Below are positions 36,763 to 45,672 of a stretch of 64,000 bases of DNA, piece after piece. The stretch is from an uncultured Actinomycetes bacterium. GTDB taxonomy: Bacteria > Actinomycetota > Thermoleophilia > Gaiellales > JALYLC01. A program made the translations under genes and the position numbers. Under the pieces are notes generated by a model. The model ran no database searches. It was not told where the DNA came from and saw only the letters and a list, made by a program, of their open reading frames with translations. The DNA lies in the NCBI GenBank assembly GCA_963743275.1, contig CAVUPB010000002.1:168863-232862 (forward strand). Reading direction: 5' to 3'. Positions within the stretch are counted from its first letter, which is position 1, and each line of letters begins with the position of its first letter.

Positions 36763-38485
36763 GCAATCCGAGCGGCTCGCTCTCGGCCGGCCTGCCCGGG
36801 ATGGCGCGCAGGAAGTCGAAGTCGCAGCCCTGATCGGCCTGCAGCACGTGCTCGAGGAAGAGCGCCCCGTAGCCGCGCTCGTAGGCGGGCGCGCGCCGGG
36901 GCGTCGCGCCCAGGCGGCGCTCGATCTCGCCGGCCGGGATGTCCAGGTCGATGCGCCGCGCCTCGACGTCGAGGACGATCGGATCGCCGTCGCGCACGGC
37001 CGCGAGCGGCCCGCCGGCAGCCGATTCCGGCGCGACGTGGAGCACGACCGTGCCGAACGCCGTGCCGCTCATGCGCGCGTCCGACACGCGCACCATGTCG
37101 GTCACGCCCTGGGCGAGCAGCTTCTTCGGGATCGGCACCTGTCCCCATTCGGGCATGCCGGGGCCGCCGCGCGGGCCCGAGTTGCGGAGCACCAGCACCG
37201 TCTCGGCCGAGACGCCGAGCGCGGGGTCGTCGATGCGCGCCTGGACGTCGTAGACGTCCTCGAACACGAGCGCAGGGCCGCGGTGGCGCAGCAGCGCGGG
37301 GGAGGCGGCGCTCTGCTTGATCACGGCGCCGCCCGGCGCAAGGCTGCCGCGCAGGATGGCCAGGCCGCCCTGGGTGGCGAGCGGCTCGGCGAGCGTGGCG
37401 ATCACGGCGCGGTCGAGCGTCTCCGCGCTCGCGTAGCCCTGCTCGAGCGTCTCGCCGGTGACCGTCGCCGCCCCGCCGTGCAGCAGCGGGGCCAGCTCCC
37501 TGAGCACGGCCTGGACGCCGCCGGCGCGGTGCAGGTGCTCGAAGAGGTGCTCCCCGGAGGGACGGAGGTTGCCGATCACCGGCGTGCGCCGGGAGAGCTC
37601 GTCGAAGCGATCGAGCGTGAGCGGCACGCCCAGCCGGCCCGCCAGCGCGAGCAGATGGACGACCGCGTTCGTGCCGCCGCCGAGCGCCATCAGGAGCGTG
37701 ATGGCGTTGTCGAGCGACTCCGCCGTGAGGATCCGGGCCGGGGCCAGCCCCTCGCGCGCGAGCGCGACGGCACGCGTGCCCGTCAGCTCGGCCGCGCGCA
37801 TGCGGGCGGCGTCCACGGCGGGGATCGTGGACGTGCCCGGGAGGCACATGCCGAGCGCCTCGACCAGGGCCGTCATCGTCGAAGCCGTGCCGAGCTCGTT
37901 GCAGTGCCCGAACGAGGGCGTCGCGGCGGCTTCGAGCTCGGCGAACGCCTCCTGCGACATCCGGCCCGCGCGCAGCTCGTCGGCGTAGTGCCACAGGTCG
38001 GTGCCGGCGCCCAGCTCGCGGCCCCGGAAGTACGCGGCCTGCGAGGGCCCGCCGGTCACCATGATCGCGGGCACCCCCGCGCTGACGGCTCCCATGAGCT
38101 GCGCCGGCACGGTCTTGTCGCAGCCGCCGAGCAGCACCACGGCATCGAGCGGGTAGGAGCGGATGCACTCCTCGACGTCCATCGCCATGAGGTTGCGGAA
38201 CAGCATCGCGCTCGGCTTCATGAGGTTCTCGCCGAGCGAGATCGTCGGGAACTCGAGCGGCAGCCCGCCCGCCTGGAGGACGCCGCGCTTGGCGGCCTCG
38301 GCCAGCCCGCGGAAGTGCAGGTTGCAGTTGACGAGCTCCGACCACGAGTTGCAGATGCCGATGATCGGCCGGCCGTCGAGCGCGGCGCGCGAGATGCCCT
38401 CGGCGTGCAGCGAGGCGCGGTGGATGAAGCCCGCGAGGTCGTTGGCGCCGAACCAGCGCGCACTCCGCAGGGGATTGCGTTCCAC
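36737..38485 (-). CDS. IlvD/Edd family dehydratase (sugar-acid dehydratase type)
   Basis: PIIGICNSWSE.V.CN.H, LLGGCDKTVP and CGQ/PGTS contexts. GTG start chosen so that it does not overlap the divergent gene. Confidence 0.88.
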   Translation of the reverse strand: MERNPLRSARWFGANDLAGFIHRASLHAEGISRAALDGRPIIGICNSWSELVNCNLHFRGLAEAAKRGVLQAGGLPLEFPTISLGENLMKPSAMLFRNLMAMDVEECIRSYPLDAVVLLGGCDKTVPAQLMGAVSAGVPAIMVTGGPSQAAYFRGRELGAGTDLWHYADELRAGRMSQEAFAELEAAATPSFGHCNELGTASTMTALVEALGMCLPGTSTIPAVDAARMRAAELTGTRAVALAREGLAPARILTAESLDNAITLLMALGGGTNAVVHLLALAGRLGVPLTLDRFDELSRRTPVIGNLRPSGEHLFEHLHRAGGVQAVLRELAPLLHGGAATVTGETLEQGYASAETLDRAVIATLAEPLATQGGLAILRGSLAPGGAVIKQSAASPALLRHRGPALVFEDVYDVQARIDDPALGVSAETVLVLRNSGPRGGPGMPEWGQVPIPKKLLAQGVTDMVRVSDARMSGTAFGTVVLHVAPESAAGGPLAAVRDGDPIVLDVEARRIDLDIPAGEIERRLGATPRRAPAYERGYGALFLEHVLQADQGCDFDFLRAIPGRPAESEPLGLLSGWVGGW

Positions 38486-38526
38486 GGGGTCGGAGCCTAG
38501 CCCGCGGTCTCGCAGGGCCGCGACGG

Positions 38527-38532
38527 TACGAT
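38527..38532 (+). promoter_or_regulatory. Putative -10 hexamer TACGAT positioned for a leaderless transcript of the DapA-like gene
   Basis: ggTACGATcgccgcGTG, nearly the same motif (GGTACGATCGCC) as upstream of gene 12393. Confidence 0.4.
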
Positions 38533-38538
38533 CGCCGC

Positions 38539-39414
38539 GTGACCCGGCTGACCGGATTCGTGCCACCGATCGCGACCCCGTTCCGCGACGGCGCCCTCGA
38601 TCTCGCGAGCCTCGACCGGCTGCTCGATCACCTCGCGGAGCACGTGTCCGGGTATCTCGTCGGCGGCAGCGTGGGCGAGGTGCCGAGCCTCACGCTCGAG
38701 GAGCGCGCCGCGCTCATGCGAGCGGCGGCCGGGCGAACGCCCGCCGGGCACTCGCTCGCGGTCTCGATCTCGGACAACGCGATCGCCAACTCGCGCCGGC
38801 TGTCGGAGGTCGCAGGCGAGGTCGGGGCGGACGTGCTGATGCTCTCGTGCCCGAACTACTACGCCAACGACCTGCAGATGCTGATCGAGTACTTCGGCGC
38901 CGTCGGCGAGTTCGCGAGCGCGGACATCTGCCTCTACGACAATCCGCTCGCCTCGCACACCTTGCTTTCCGTCGCGGACATCCGGGCGCTCGCGGAAGCC
39001 GTTCCGCGCCTCACGCACGTCAAGGTCACCGACACCGCGATCGACAAGGTCGCGGCGCTGCGCGAAGCCACCGGCCTCGTCATCTGCGCGGGCGACGACG
39101 CGGTCGTCTGGAACCAGTTCGCCCGCGGCGTCGACGCGGCGATGATCGCCCTGCCGATGATCGCCCCGGAGATCGCGGCGAGCATGTGGAGCGCGTATGC
39201 GCGCGGTGCGCTGGACGACGCCTTCGCGGCCTACGCACGGGCGGCGCCCTTCCTGCACTGCTCGCTCGGCGCGGCCGACTACGTCGGCGTGATCAAGACC
39301 GTGCTCCACCACCGGGGCATCATCGCGTCGGCCGAGGTGCGCCTGCCGCTCGTCGCCCTGCCCGCGGCGCGCACGGCCGAGGTCATCGCGTCGCTCGCCT
39401 CGCTCGCTCCGTAG
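38539..39414 (+). CDS. Dihydrodipicolinate synthase/N-acetylneuraminate lyase family enzyme (2-keto-3-deoxy sugar-acid aldolase/dehydratase type)
   Basis: VPPIATPF, GGSVGE, and THVKVTD as a candidate Schiff-base lysine context. Confidence 0.85.
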   Translation: MTRLTGFVPPIATPFRDGALDLASLDRLLDHLAEHVSGYLVGGSVGEVPSLTLEERAALMRAAAGRTPAGHSLAVSISDNAIANSRRLSEVAGEVGADVLMLSCPNYYANDLQMLIEYFGAVGEFASADICLYDNPLASHTLLSVADIRALAEAVPRLTHVKVTDTAIDKVAALREATGLVICAGDDAVVWNQFARGVDAAMIALPMIAPEIAASMWSAYARGALDDAFAAYARAAPFLHCSLGAADYVGVIKTVLHHRGIIASAEVRLPLVALPAARTAEVIASLASLAP

Positions 39415-39424
39415 GCCGGAGCGC

Positions 39425-39455
39425 GCGGCGGCGACGCCCGAGGCGCCGCCGCCGC
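39425..39455. terminator. GC-rich hairpin between convergent genes (bidirectional terminator candidate)
   Basis: gcggcggcgacgcc-cga-ggcgccgccgccgc: 14-bp arms with one mismatch and no T tract. Confidence 0.45.
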
Positions 39456-39464
39456 ATCGCCGGT

Positions 39465-40637
39465 TCAGGCGCCGAACAGGTCGCCGAGCTGCCCGGACTT
39501 GCCGATCGAGCAGGTGCTGTTGATGCACCCGAGATGCCAGAGGTTCTCGATCGTGGCGAGCAGCGAGTAGTGGTTCGCGGCCACCGACGAGGACTGGCCG
39601 CCGCCGTTCGAGTTGACGACGATCAGCGGCGCGTGCGCGCCGCCGAGCACGACGCCGTTCTTCCCGGTCGGGCTGCCGCAGCAGCCGTCGATCCCCGCGT
39701 AGTCGTCCTCGTCCCAGACGATGACGATCGACGACGGCTCCTTGCGCCACGTGCGCGAGTGCATGATCAGGCGCACGGTCTTCTTGAGGAACCGGTCGCC
39801 GAGCTGGATCACGCCGTGGTCGAGCCCGGAGTCCGGGAAGCCGCACGTCGGGTTGCCGATCAGCGCGGCGGTCGACGGCGAGATCCCGTGCATGTCGTTG
39901 CACTGGTCGGGGCTGATCCAGACCAGGTTCGGGAGCTTGCGCGAGTGCAGGTCGGCCGCGAAGCGCTTGTACGTGAACGGCACGATGTTGGCGAGCCGCG
40001 GGCTTCCCGGGTAGTTGACGTCCGCGAAGTACATGAACGGATTGTGCTTCTGGGCGTACAGCTTGACGGTGGTGGGACCCGCCGGCGTGTCGAGCACCGG
40101 CCAGTACTCGACCTGGGAGCCGACCTCCGGCATCGACTGCATGTAGGCCCGCCAGCTCAGGTGCTGCGCCTCGAGCTGGTCGACGAGGTTGGCGCCCTTG
40201 AAGAGGTGCGGCGTCGCCGAGGCGCTCGCGATCTGCGCGGGCGTGAGGTAGTCGCCGGCGGTGCCGTCGCCGGACCCCGGGATGAACTCCTCCGGCGCGC
40301 AGAGCACGTCGGCGCCGGCCTTGCAGTCGTCCCAGATGCCCTGGAAGCTGCCCGAGAAGAGCGAGAGATAGTTCGGCAGGCTCGGGTGCGTCACCCCGAA
40401 GTAGTCGTTCGCGACGTTGGCGTGCTTGGCCAGCTTGTTGATGAAGGGGGCGTCCGCCGTGTTGCCGAGGATCTCCGCAGTGCCGTGGTTCTCCATCATG
40501 ATCACGAAGATGTGCTTCGGCGCCGCGCCTCGATTCTGGTGCGTGGCCGGATGCGCCGACGCGGTCTGCGCCAGACCCGCAGACAGTGCGAGCGCAGCGG
40601 CAAGGCCGAGCGCAACCCGCACGAGTCGGTTCTTCAC
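39465..40637 (-). CDS. Secreted phosphoesterase family protein (AcpA/phospholipase C type)
   Basis: Signal peptide LGLAAALALSAGLAQTASA, HIFVIMMENHG, PSLPNYL and VWISPD.CNDMH. GTG start with a GGAGAAGGGAG RBS. Confidence 0.8.
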   Translation of the reverse strand: MKNRLVRVALGLAAALALSAGLAQTASAHPATHQNRGAAPKHIFVIMMENHGTAEILGNTADAPFINKLAKHANVANDYFGVTHPSLPNYLSLFSGSFQGIWDDCKAGADVLCAPEEFIPGSGDGTAGDYLTPAQIASASATPHLFKGANLVDQLEAQHLSWRAYMQSMPEVGSQVEYWPVLDTPAGPTTVKLYAQKHNPFMYFADVNYPGSPRLANIVPFTYKRFAADLHSRKLPNLVWISPDQCNDMHGISPSTAALIGNPTCGFPDSGLDHGVIQLGDRFLKKTVRLIMHSRTWRKEPSSIVIVWDEDDYAGIDGCCGSPTGKNGVVLGGAHAPLIVVNSNGGGQSSSVAANHYSLLATIENLWHLGCINSTCSIGKSGQLGDLFGA

Positions 40638-40899
40638 AGCAGCTCTCCCTTCTCCGTGATACCGGTCGCGCCGCCCACCGCCCGGCTGCGACCCGGCGCG
40701 CCCGCACGTGCAGGCGCGTCTCCTGTGACCAACCGCGTCCGGCGGCCCTGCGATGGGAGCCGCCGCCGGCGCGCATCGAGAGTACACACCCGATCGGCGA
40801 TGCGACAAGCCGTCCGCGCGGGCGCCGAACGCTGCGTGCAGCTCGAGCCTCTAACGTGCCGGCACGCCGCGACGAGTGGGGAAGGGTGAGGTCGAGCTG

Positions 40900-42168
40900 A
40901 TGCCAGGGAGGGCCGCTGTGGACGCCGGCGAGGTGCACTCGTGGCTCGAGGCGCGCGCCGAGCAGATGGCGGAGCTGGTCGAGTCGCTCGTGGCGATCGA
41001 CAGCGAGAATCCGCCGGGCCGCGCGCTCGGCCGCTGCGGCCGCCTGCTCCGGGACGCGATGACCGGCCTGGATCTCTCGCCCGAGCTGATCGAGCTGTCG
41101 CCCAGCCCTGGCCTGGAGGAGCCGTGCATCGTTCGCGGGAGCGCCGGCCAGGGCGCGGGGACGGTCTACTTCCACGGGCACTTCGACGTCGTCCCGGCGC
41201 AGTCGCGGGAGCAGTTCCGGCCGCTGCGCGCGAACGGCCGCATCGTCGGACGCGGCAGCGCCGACATGAAGGGCGGGCTCGTGAGCATGCTCTACGGCGC
41301 CGCCGCGGCGCGCGCTCTCGGCCTGCTCGGCGAGCGCAGGATCGTCCTGCACCTGGTGTGCGACGAGGAGACCGGCAGCGTCGCCGGCAGCGGTCACCTG
41401 CGCGAGGCCGGGATGATCGACGACCGCGCGCTCGCGATGATCACGGCCGAGCCGACCGGCGGCGTCGTCTGGCACGCAAGCCGCGGTGCGATCACGCTCC
41501 GCGTCACCGTGGAAGGCCGCCCGGCGCACGTCGGGCAGGCGCATCTCGGCGTCAACGCGTTCGAGCAGATGGTGCAGATCGCCGAGCCGCTCGCCGACCT
41601 CGCCCACGAGCTGCTCGCGCGCCGCACGGACTATCCCGTCGAGAGCGAGGAGGCGCGCGGGTCGATGCTCGTCGTCGGTGGCGCTTCGGGGAGCGGCGCG
41701 AACTTCAACGTCGTGCCAGGCACGGCGTGGTTCTCGGTCGACCGGCGCTTCAATCCCGAGGAGGACCTGGCCGAGGAGGTCACGCGCCTGACGGCGACGA
41801 TCGAGGCAGCGGCCGCGCGCGCCGGCGCACGGGTCGGCATCGACGTCCTCCAGCGGCAGCCGTCCGCCGGCACGAGCGCGGAGCATCCCGCCGCCGTCGC
41901 GCTCGCGCGCTGCGTCGAGATCGTCGAGGGCGAGCCGCCGCGCTTCGAGCTGTGCCCGGGCGTGCTGGAGACTCGCTGGTACGCCCAGCTGGGGATTCCC
42001 GCCTTTGCGTACGGCGCGGGGCGCCTCGACGTCTCCCACGGCCCCGACGAGTACATCGACGAGGCCGCCATGCGCCGCTGCGCGGCGGTCTACGCGCTGT
42101 TCGCCGGCGAAGCGCCCGGCACGCCTAGCCGGCGCTCTGGATCACGCTCCGGAACTCGTCCGCAGTGA
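40900..42168 (+). CDS. M20 family metallohydrolase (ArgE/DapE/ACY1 type)
   Basis: HGHFDVVP, GRGSADMKGG and DEETGS motifs. Confidence 0.85.
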   Translation: MPGRAAVDAGEVHSWLEARAEQMAELVESLVAIDSENPPGRALGRCGRLLRDAMTGLDLSPELIELSPSPGLEEPCIVRGSAGQGAGTVYFHGHFDVVPAQSREQFRPLRANGRIVGRGSADMKGGLVSMLYGAAAARALGLLGERRIVLHLVCDEETGSVAGSGHLREAGMIDDRALAMITAEPTGGVVWHASRGAITLRVTVEGRPAHVGQAHLGVNAFEQMVQIAEPLADLAHELLARRTDYPVESEEARGSMLVVGGASGSGANFNVVPGTAWFSVDRRFNPEEDLAEEVTRLTATIEAAAARAGARVGIDVLQRQPSAGTSAEHPAAVALARCVEIVEGEPPRFELCPGVLETRWYAQLGIPAFAYGAGRLDVSHGPDEYIDEAAMRRCAAVYALFAGEAPGTPSRRSGSRSGTRPQ

Positions 42169-42418
42169 ATCCGCGCATCGTCGTCGTGCGGAGATTGCCC
42201 TGGGCGCCCAATGCGAGGAGGGCGGCCGAGAGGCTTGCGTCATCGGGCGCCTCGGCGACGCAGACGAGGTCGTAGGCGCCGATCGTCCAGTAGATGTCCT
42301 TGAGCGTGATGCCCTTGGCTGCGAGGGCCGTGCGGGCGCCATCCGCGCGATCGATCGAGTCCTTGAAGCGCTGGACGCCCTGATCCGTCCAGTTCATGAG
42401 CAGGACGTAATGCGGCAT
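42125..42418 (-). CDS. GYD domain protein
   Basis: MPHYVLLMNWTDQG...YWTIGAYDLVCVAEAPDD...GNLRTTTMRGF matches the GYD family pattern. GGAGGG RBS. Confidence 0.8.
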   Translation of the reverse strand: MPHYVLLMNWTDQGVQRFKDSIDRADGARTALAAKGITLKDIYWTIGAYDLVCVAEAPDDASLSAALLALGAQGNLRTTTMRGFTADEFRSVIQSAG

Positions 42419-42598
42419 GGTCGTTCCCTCCGGTCGGCGGTGAGGTACCGAGTCAACAGGCAGGGCCGGCCCGCGTCAACACGGATCGCGGACCGCGGCG
42501 GGAGGGATTGGCCGTGCTCGGGATCGTCCGGTACAGTCGGCGCGCCCTCGTGCACATCGCAACGTGCCGTCCGTGAGCGTCCGAAAGGAACACCCACC

Positions 42599-42874
42599 AT
42601 GGCCCTCGGCTTCTACTTCACGCCCGCCGGGTTCACGCCGGCGATCTACGACGAGGCGGTCGGCAAGCTCGCCGCGGCCGGCGCCGCAGCCCCGCCGGGC
42701 CGGATCTACCACGTCGCCCTCGAGAGCGGTGGCCTGATCCAGGTGTTCGACGTGTGGGAGTCCCAGGAGGCCTTCGAGGCGTTCGGGGCCACGCTGGTGC
42801 CGATCATGGGTGCCCTCGGAGTGGATCCCGGCGAGCCGATGGTCGCCGAGGTGCACAACGTCATCGCCGGCTGA
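42599..42874 (+). CDS. Small alpha+beta (ABM/Dabb-like) hypothetical protein
   Basis: 91-aa ORF with VFDVWESQEAFEAFG, typical of ABM-like proteins, and AAAGGAA upstream. Confidence 0.55.
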   Translation: MALGFYFTPAGFTPAIYDEAVGKLAAAGAAAPPGRIYHVALESGGLIQVFDVWESQEAFEAFGATLVPIMGALGVDPGEPMVAEVHNVIAG

Positions 42875-42909
42875 GCCGCGGAAGGGCGCGTGGGGGAGCG
42901 GATGCTCCC

Positions 42910-42915
42910 TATGAT
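42910..42915 (+). promoter_or_regulatory. Putative -10 hexamer TATGAT positioned for a leaderless transcript of the cupin gene
   Basis: TATGAT-cgcccg-ATG, with the same spacing and spacer as at 12381. Confidence 0.4.
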
Positions 42916-42921
42916 CGCCCG

Positions 42922-43311
42922 ATGCCGGAATGCAGGATCATCCGCGGCGGAGCGGGCTTCCGCGGCCGCCAGGGCCTCGACTACTTCTCCGGCGTCTCGA
43001 GCGAGAGCACCGGTGCGCAGGCGATCTGCATGCACCTGCTCGAGATGCCCCCGGGCGCCAGCGCCAGGCCGCACTACCACGAGGCCCACGAGACCGCGAT
43101 CTTCGTGCTCGCAGGCGCGGCCGAGATGCGCCACGGCCCGAACCTCGAGCACGTCATGCAGGCCCGTGCGGGCGACTTCATCTACATCCCCGCGGGCGTT
43201 CCCCACCAGCCGTACAACCCGAACGACCAGACGGTTCGCGCCGTCATCGCGCGTACGGACCCGAACGAGCAGGAGAGCGTCGTGCTCGTCGAGGGTCCGG
43301 AGCCGGGCTGA
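42922..43311 (+). CDS. Cupin domain protein
   Basis: PHYHEAHETAIFVLAG...GDFIYIPAGVPHQP cupin motifs 1 and 2. Confidence 0.75.
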   Translation: MPECRIIRGGAGFRGRQGLDYFSGVSSESTGAQAICMHLLEMPPGASARPHYHEAHETAIFVLAGAAEMRHGPNLEHVMQARAGDFIYIPAGVPHQPYNPNDQTVRAVIARTDPNEQESVVLVEGPEPG

Positions 43312-43384
43312 CGCCTGCGCGCGCGGCGGGGCCGGCGGAGTGCGGACGCGCACCGTGCTTCCTCGGCGTCCGGCTGCGCGCGGA

Positions 43385-43436
43385 TGCTCGTATTCAGCAT
43401 ATGAAACGCATAATCAACATACGACTAATACGATGA
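43385..43436 (+). promoter_or_regulatory. AT-rich island upstream of tetR containing an 11-codon rare-codon uORF (43401-43436) whose stop overlaps the tetR ATG
   Basis: ATG AAA CGC ATA ATC AAC ATA CGA CTA ATA CGA TGA, with seven of eleven codons ending in A in an otherwise GC3-saturated window. Flanking inverted hexamers CGTATT/AATACG. Translation is unproven. Confidence 0.3.
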
Positions 43437-44074
43437 ACGCTCGGCGTCCCTATCGCTCGCCCGCCCGCGAAGCCCAGGCCCGTGCCACGCGCGCCCGGAT
43501 CCTCGCTGCGACTCGGAGGCTGTTTCTCGAGCGCGGCTACGCAGCGACGACGATGCGGCAGATCGCGCACGAGGGCGCGGTCGCATTGCCCACGCTGACG
43601 GGGCTCTTCCCGAGCAAGCGGGCGCTCCTCGACGAGGTGCTGCGCTCGCTCCGCGGCGACGGCGACGACGCGTCGCCGCACGCCGACGCCGTCGAGGAAA
43701 TCCTGCGAGCGCCCGATCCAGGCGAGCTGATCGCCCGCGTGGCGGCCCTGGATCGCGGTGCGAACGAAGAGGCCTTCGAGCTCCTCGAGATCCTGCGGAC
43801 CGCCGCCGTCGTCGAGCCCGAGATGGAGGCTCGGCGCCGCGCCGGGGCGGACGATCGCCGTCGCGATCGGGCGCGCATCGCCCGCGAGCTCGCGCGCCGC
43901 GGGGCGCTGCCGCCGGAGATCTCGGTGCGGCAGGCGACGGACGTGCTCTGGTTCTACGGCTCGGCCGACACCTATCGCCTGCTCGTCGCCGACGCCGGCT
44001 GGACGCCTCAGCGCTTCGAGCGCTTCGTCCGAGACGCGTTGACGGCCGCTCTCGTCGACGAGGCCGGAGCATGA
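43433..44074 (+). CDS. TetR/AcrR family transcriptional regulator
   Basis: N-terminal HTH RILAATRRLFLERGYAATTMRQIAHEGAVALPTLTGLFPSKRALL. Confidence 0.85.
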   Translation: MNARRPYRSPAREAQARATRARILAATRRLFLERGYAATTMRQIAHEGAVALPTLTGLFPSKRALLDEVLRSLRGDGDDASPHADAVEEILRAPDPGELIARVAALDRGANEEAFELLEILRTAAVVEPEMEARRRAGADDRRRDRARIARELARRGALPPEISVRQATDVLWFYGSADTYRLLVADAGWTPQRFERFVRDALTAALVDEAGA

Positions 44075-44553
44075 TCGCCGGGAGCACGGTGATCTCGCTG
44101 CGCGAGATCACCGCCGCCAACCGGCCCGCGGTCGAGGCGCTGGCGGTGACCCGCGATCAGGAGACCTACGTCGCGGGCGTCGCGGAGTCCCTCGCGGAGG
44201 CCGCCGCCACGCCCGCGGCCCGCCCCTGGTACCGCGCCGTCTACGCCGGGGACGATCCGGTGGGCTTCGTGATGATCAGCGACGGCATCCCCGACGGCCA
44301 TCCCGAGTACCTGGGGCCGTACTTCCTGTGGCGCCTGCTGATCGACGCACGCCGGCAGGGCCGGGGCTTCGGGAGGGCCGCGCTGGACCTCGTCGTCGAG
44401 TACGCGCGGACGCGTCCGCACGCCGAGGTGCTGCTGACCTCGGTCGTGCCCGGGCCGGCCTCGCCGATCGGGTTCTATCTGCGCTACGGCTTCTCCCGGC
44501 CCGGCCGGATGTTCGAGGGCGAGGAGGTTCTCGAGCTGCCGCTGACGACCTGA
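44071..44553 (+). CDS. GNAT family N-acetyltransferase
   Basis: RRQGRGFGRAAL (acetyl-CoA loop) and FYLRYGF. ATGA overlap with tetR. Confidence 0.8.
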   Translation: MIAGSTVISLREITAANRPAVEALAVTRDQETYVAGVAESLAEAAATPAARPWYRAVYAGDDPVGFVMISDGIPDGHPEYLGPYFLWRLLIDARRQGRGFGRAALDLVVEYARTRPHAEVLLTSVVPGPASPIGFYLRYGFSRPGRMFEGEEVLELPLTT

Positions 44554-44578
44554 CGCAGTCCGGTTCGGGGCTGCGTCA
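44551..44578. terminator. Perfect 8-bp hairpin whose arms contain the stop codons of both convergent genes
   Basis: TGACGCAG-tccggttcgggg-CTGCGTCA. The TGA of the GNAT gene and the TCA (the minus-strand TGA stop) of the LLM gene lie within the arms. Confidence 0.45.
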
Positions 44579-45628
44579 GCGCGCGAACTGCTGCTCGAGC
44601 GCCGGCTTGACCTCCGCCGCGAACAGCTCGATCGTGCGCCGCGCCTCCGCGAACGTCATGTCCCCGGTGGGCACCTGGAGCGCGATGTGGTCGATGAGCC
44701 CCGGCTCGAGCACGCCGGCGAGCCGCTCGGTGATCTGCTCGGGCGTGCCCGAGCCGGCCGCGACCGCCTCCTCGATGCCGGCGAGGATGGCGTTCAGCGG
44801 CGCGATCGCGCGTTCGCAGTCGGCCTCCGAGAGGATGAGGTGGTCCCGGGTGTGGACGCTCTTGGCGCGCCGCACGAGCCCGTCCACGCCGCGGCGCGTG
44901 ATCGCGAGCGCTTCCTTCTCGCTCGGGGCGATCGCCATGATCATCGTGCAGCCGACGCGCGGGCGGCTGTCCGGGCCGTCGAGCCGGAGCGTGTCGCCCC
45001 GATGCCGCTCCCAGCTCTCGACGTAGGCGTCGTAGGTGTCCTGCGGCACGTGGCCGGCGCACATCAGGCTCATGCCGTGGCGGCCGGCCGTCACCGGGTT
45101 GCCGGGGTACCAGAACGGGATCGGATCCTGGAAGGGCCTCGTCGAGAGCGGCGCGCTCGGGAAGTCGTGGTAGACGCTGCCGGCGCTCGAGATCTCGCCG
45201 GTCGCCAACGCGTTGCAGATGATGCCGAGCGTGTCCTCGAAGCGCTCGCGCGATTCCGTCCAGCGGCTGCCGAACCACGCGTGCTCGATCGGCGCGACGC
45301 CGCGGCCGACGCCGAAGTCGAGGCGGCCGCCCGTGAGCTGGTCGGCCACGCACATGTCCTCGATGATCCGGAGCGGGTGATGCAGGGGAAGCAGCTTCAC
45401 CATCGGGCCGAGCCGGATCGTCTGCGTGACCTGCGAGGCCGCGGCGAGGAAGATCTCCTGCGTCGGCGCCATGCACAGGCCGGAGCCGTGGTGCTCGGCG
45501 AGGTGGAAGCTCTCGAACCCCGCCTCGTCGGCGAGCTTCGCGAGCGCCAGCCGGTCCTGCAGCAGGCGGTGCGTGGGCGTGCCCGGAATGTCCTCGATGT
45601 GGTCGAAGATCCCGAAGGTCGGCGTCAT
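44576..45628 (-). CDS. LLM class (luciferase-like) flavin-dependent oxidoreductase
   Basis: FGIFDH..., FESFHLAEHH, LTGGRLDFGVGRG. Confidence 0.85.
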   Translation of the reverse strand: MTPTFGIFDHIEDIPGTPTHRLLQDRLALAKLADEAGFESFHLAEHHGSGLCMAPTQEIFLAAASQVTQTIRLGPMVKLLPLHHPLRIIEDMCVADQLTGGRLDFGVGRGVAPIEHAWFGSRWTESRERFEDTLGIICNALATGEISSAGSVYHDFPSAPLSTRPFQDPIPFWYPGNPVTAGRHGMSLMCAGHVPQDTYDAYVESWERHRGDTLRLDGPDSRPRVGCTMIMAIAPSEKEALAITRRGVDGLVRRAKSVHTRDHLILSEADCERAIAPLNAILAGIEEAVAAGSGTPEQITERLAGVLEPGLIDHIALQVPTGDMTFAEARRTIELFAAEVKPALEQQFAR

Positions 45629-45672
45629 TCCCGAACCTTACGGATCGCGCTCCCCGCCCGGCGCGCCGGCGA

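Noticed and set aside
40638-40899. Search for PhoP/PHO-box direct repeats in the 262-nt divergent region upstream of the secreted phosphoesterase
   Set aside because: I found no convincing tandem 11-nt GTTCACC-type units by eye. The region is left unannotated.
38497-42039. 1180-aa minus-strand ORF spanning the DapA-like, phosphoesterase and M20 genes
   Set aside because: The same artefact: Arg/Pro-rich nonsense that overlaps three genes with clear family motifs in other frames or strands.
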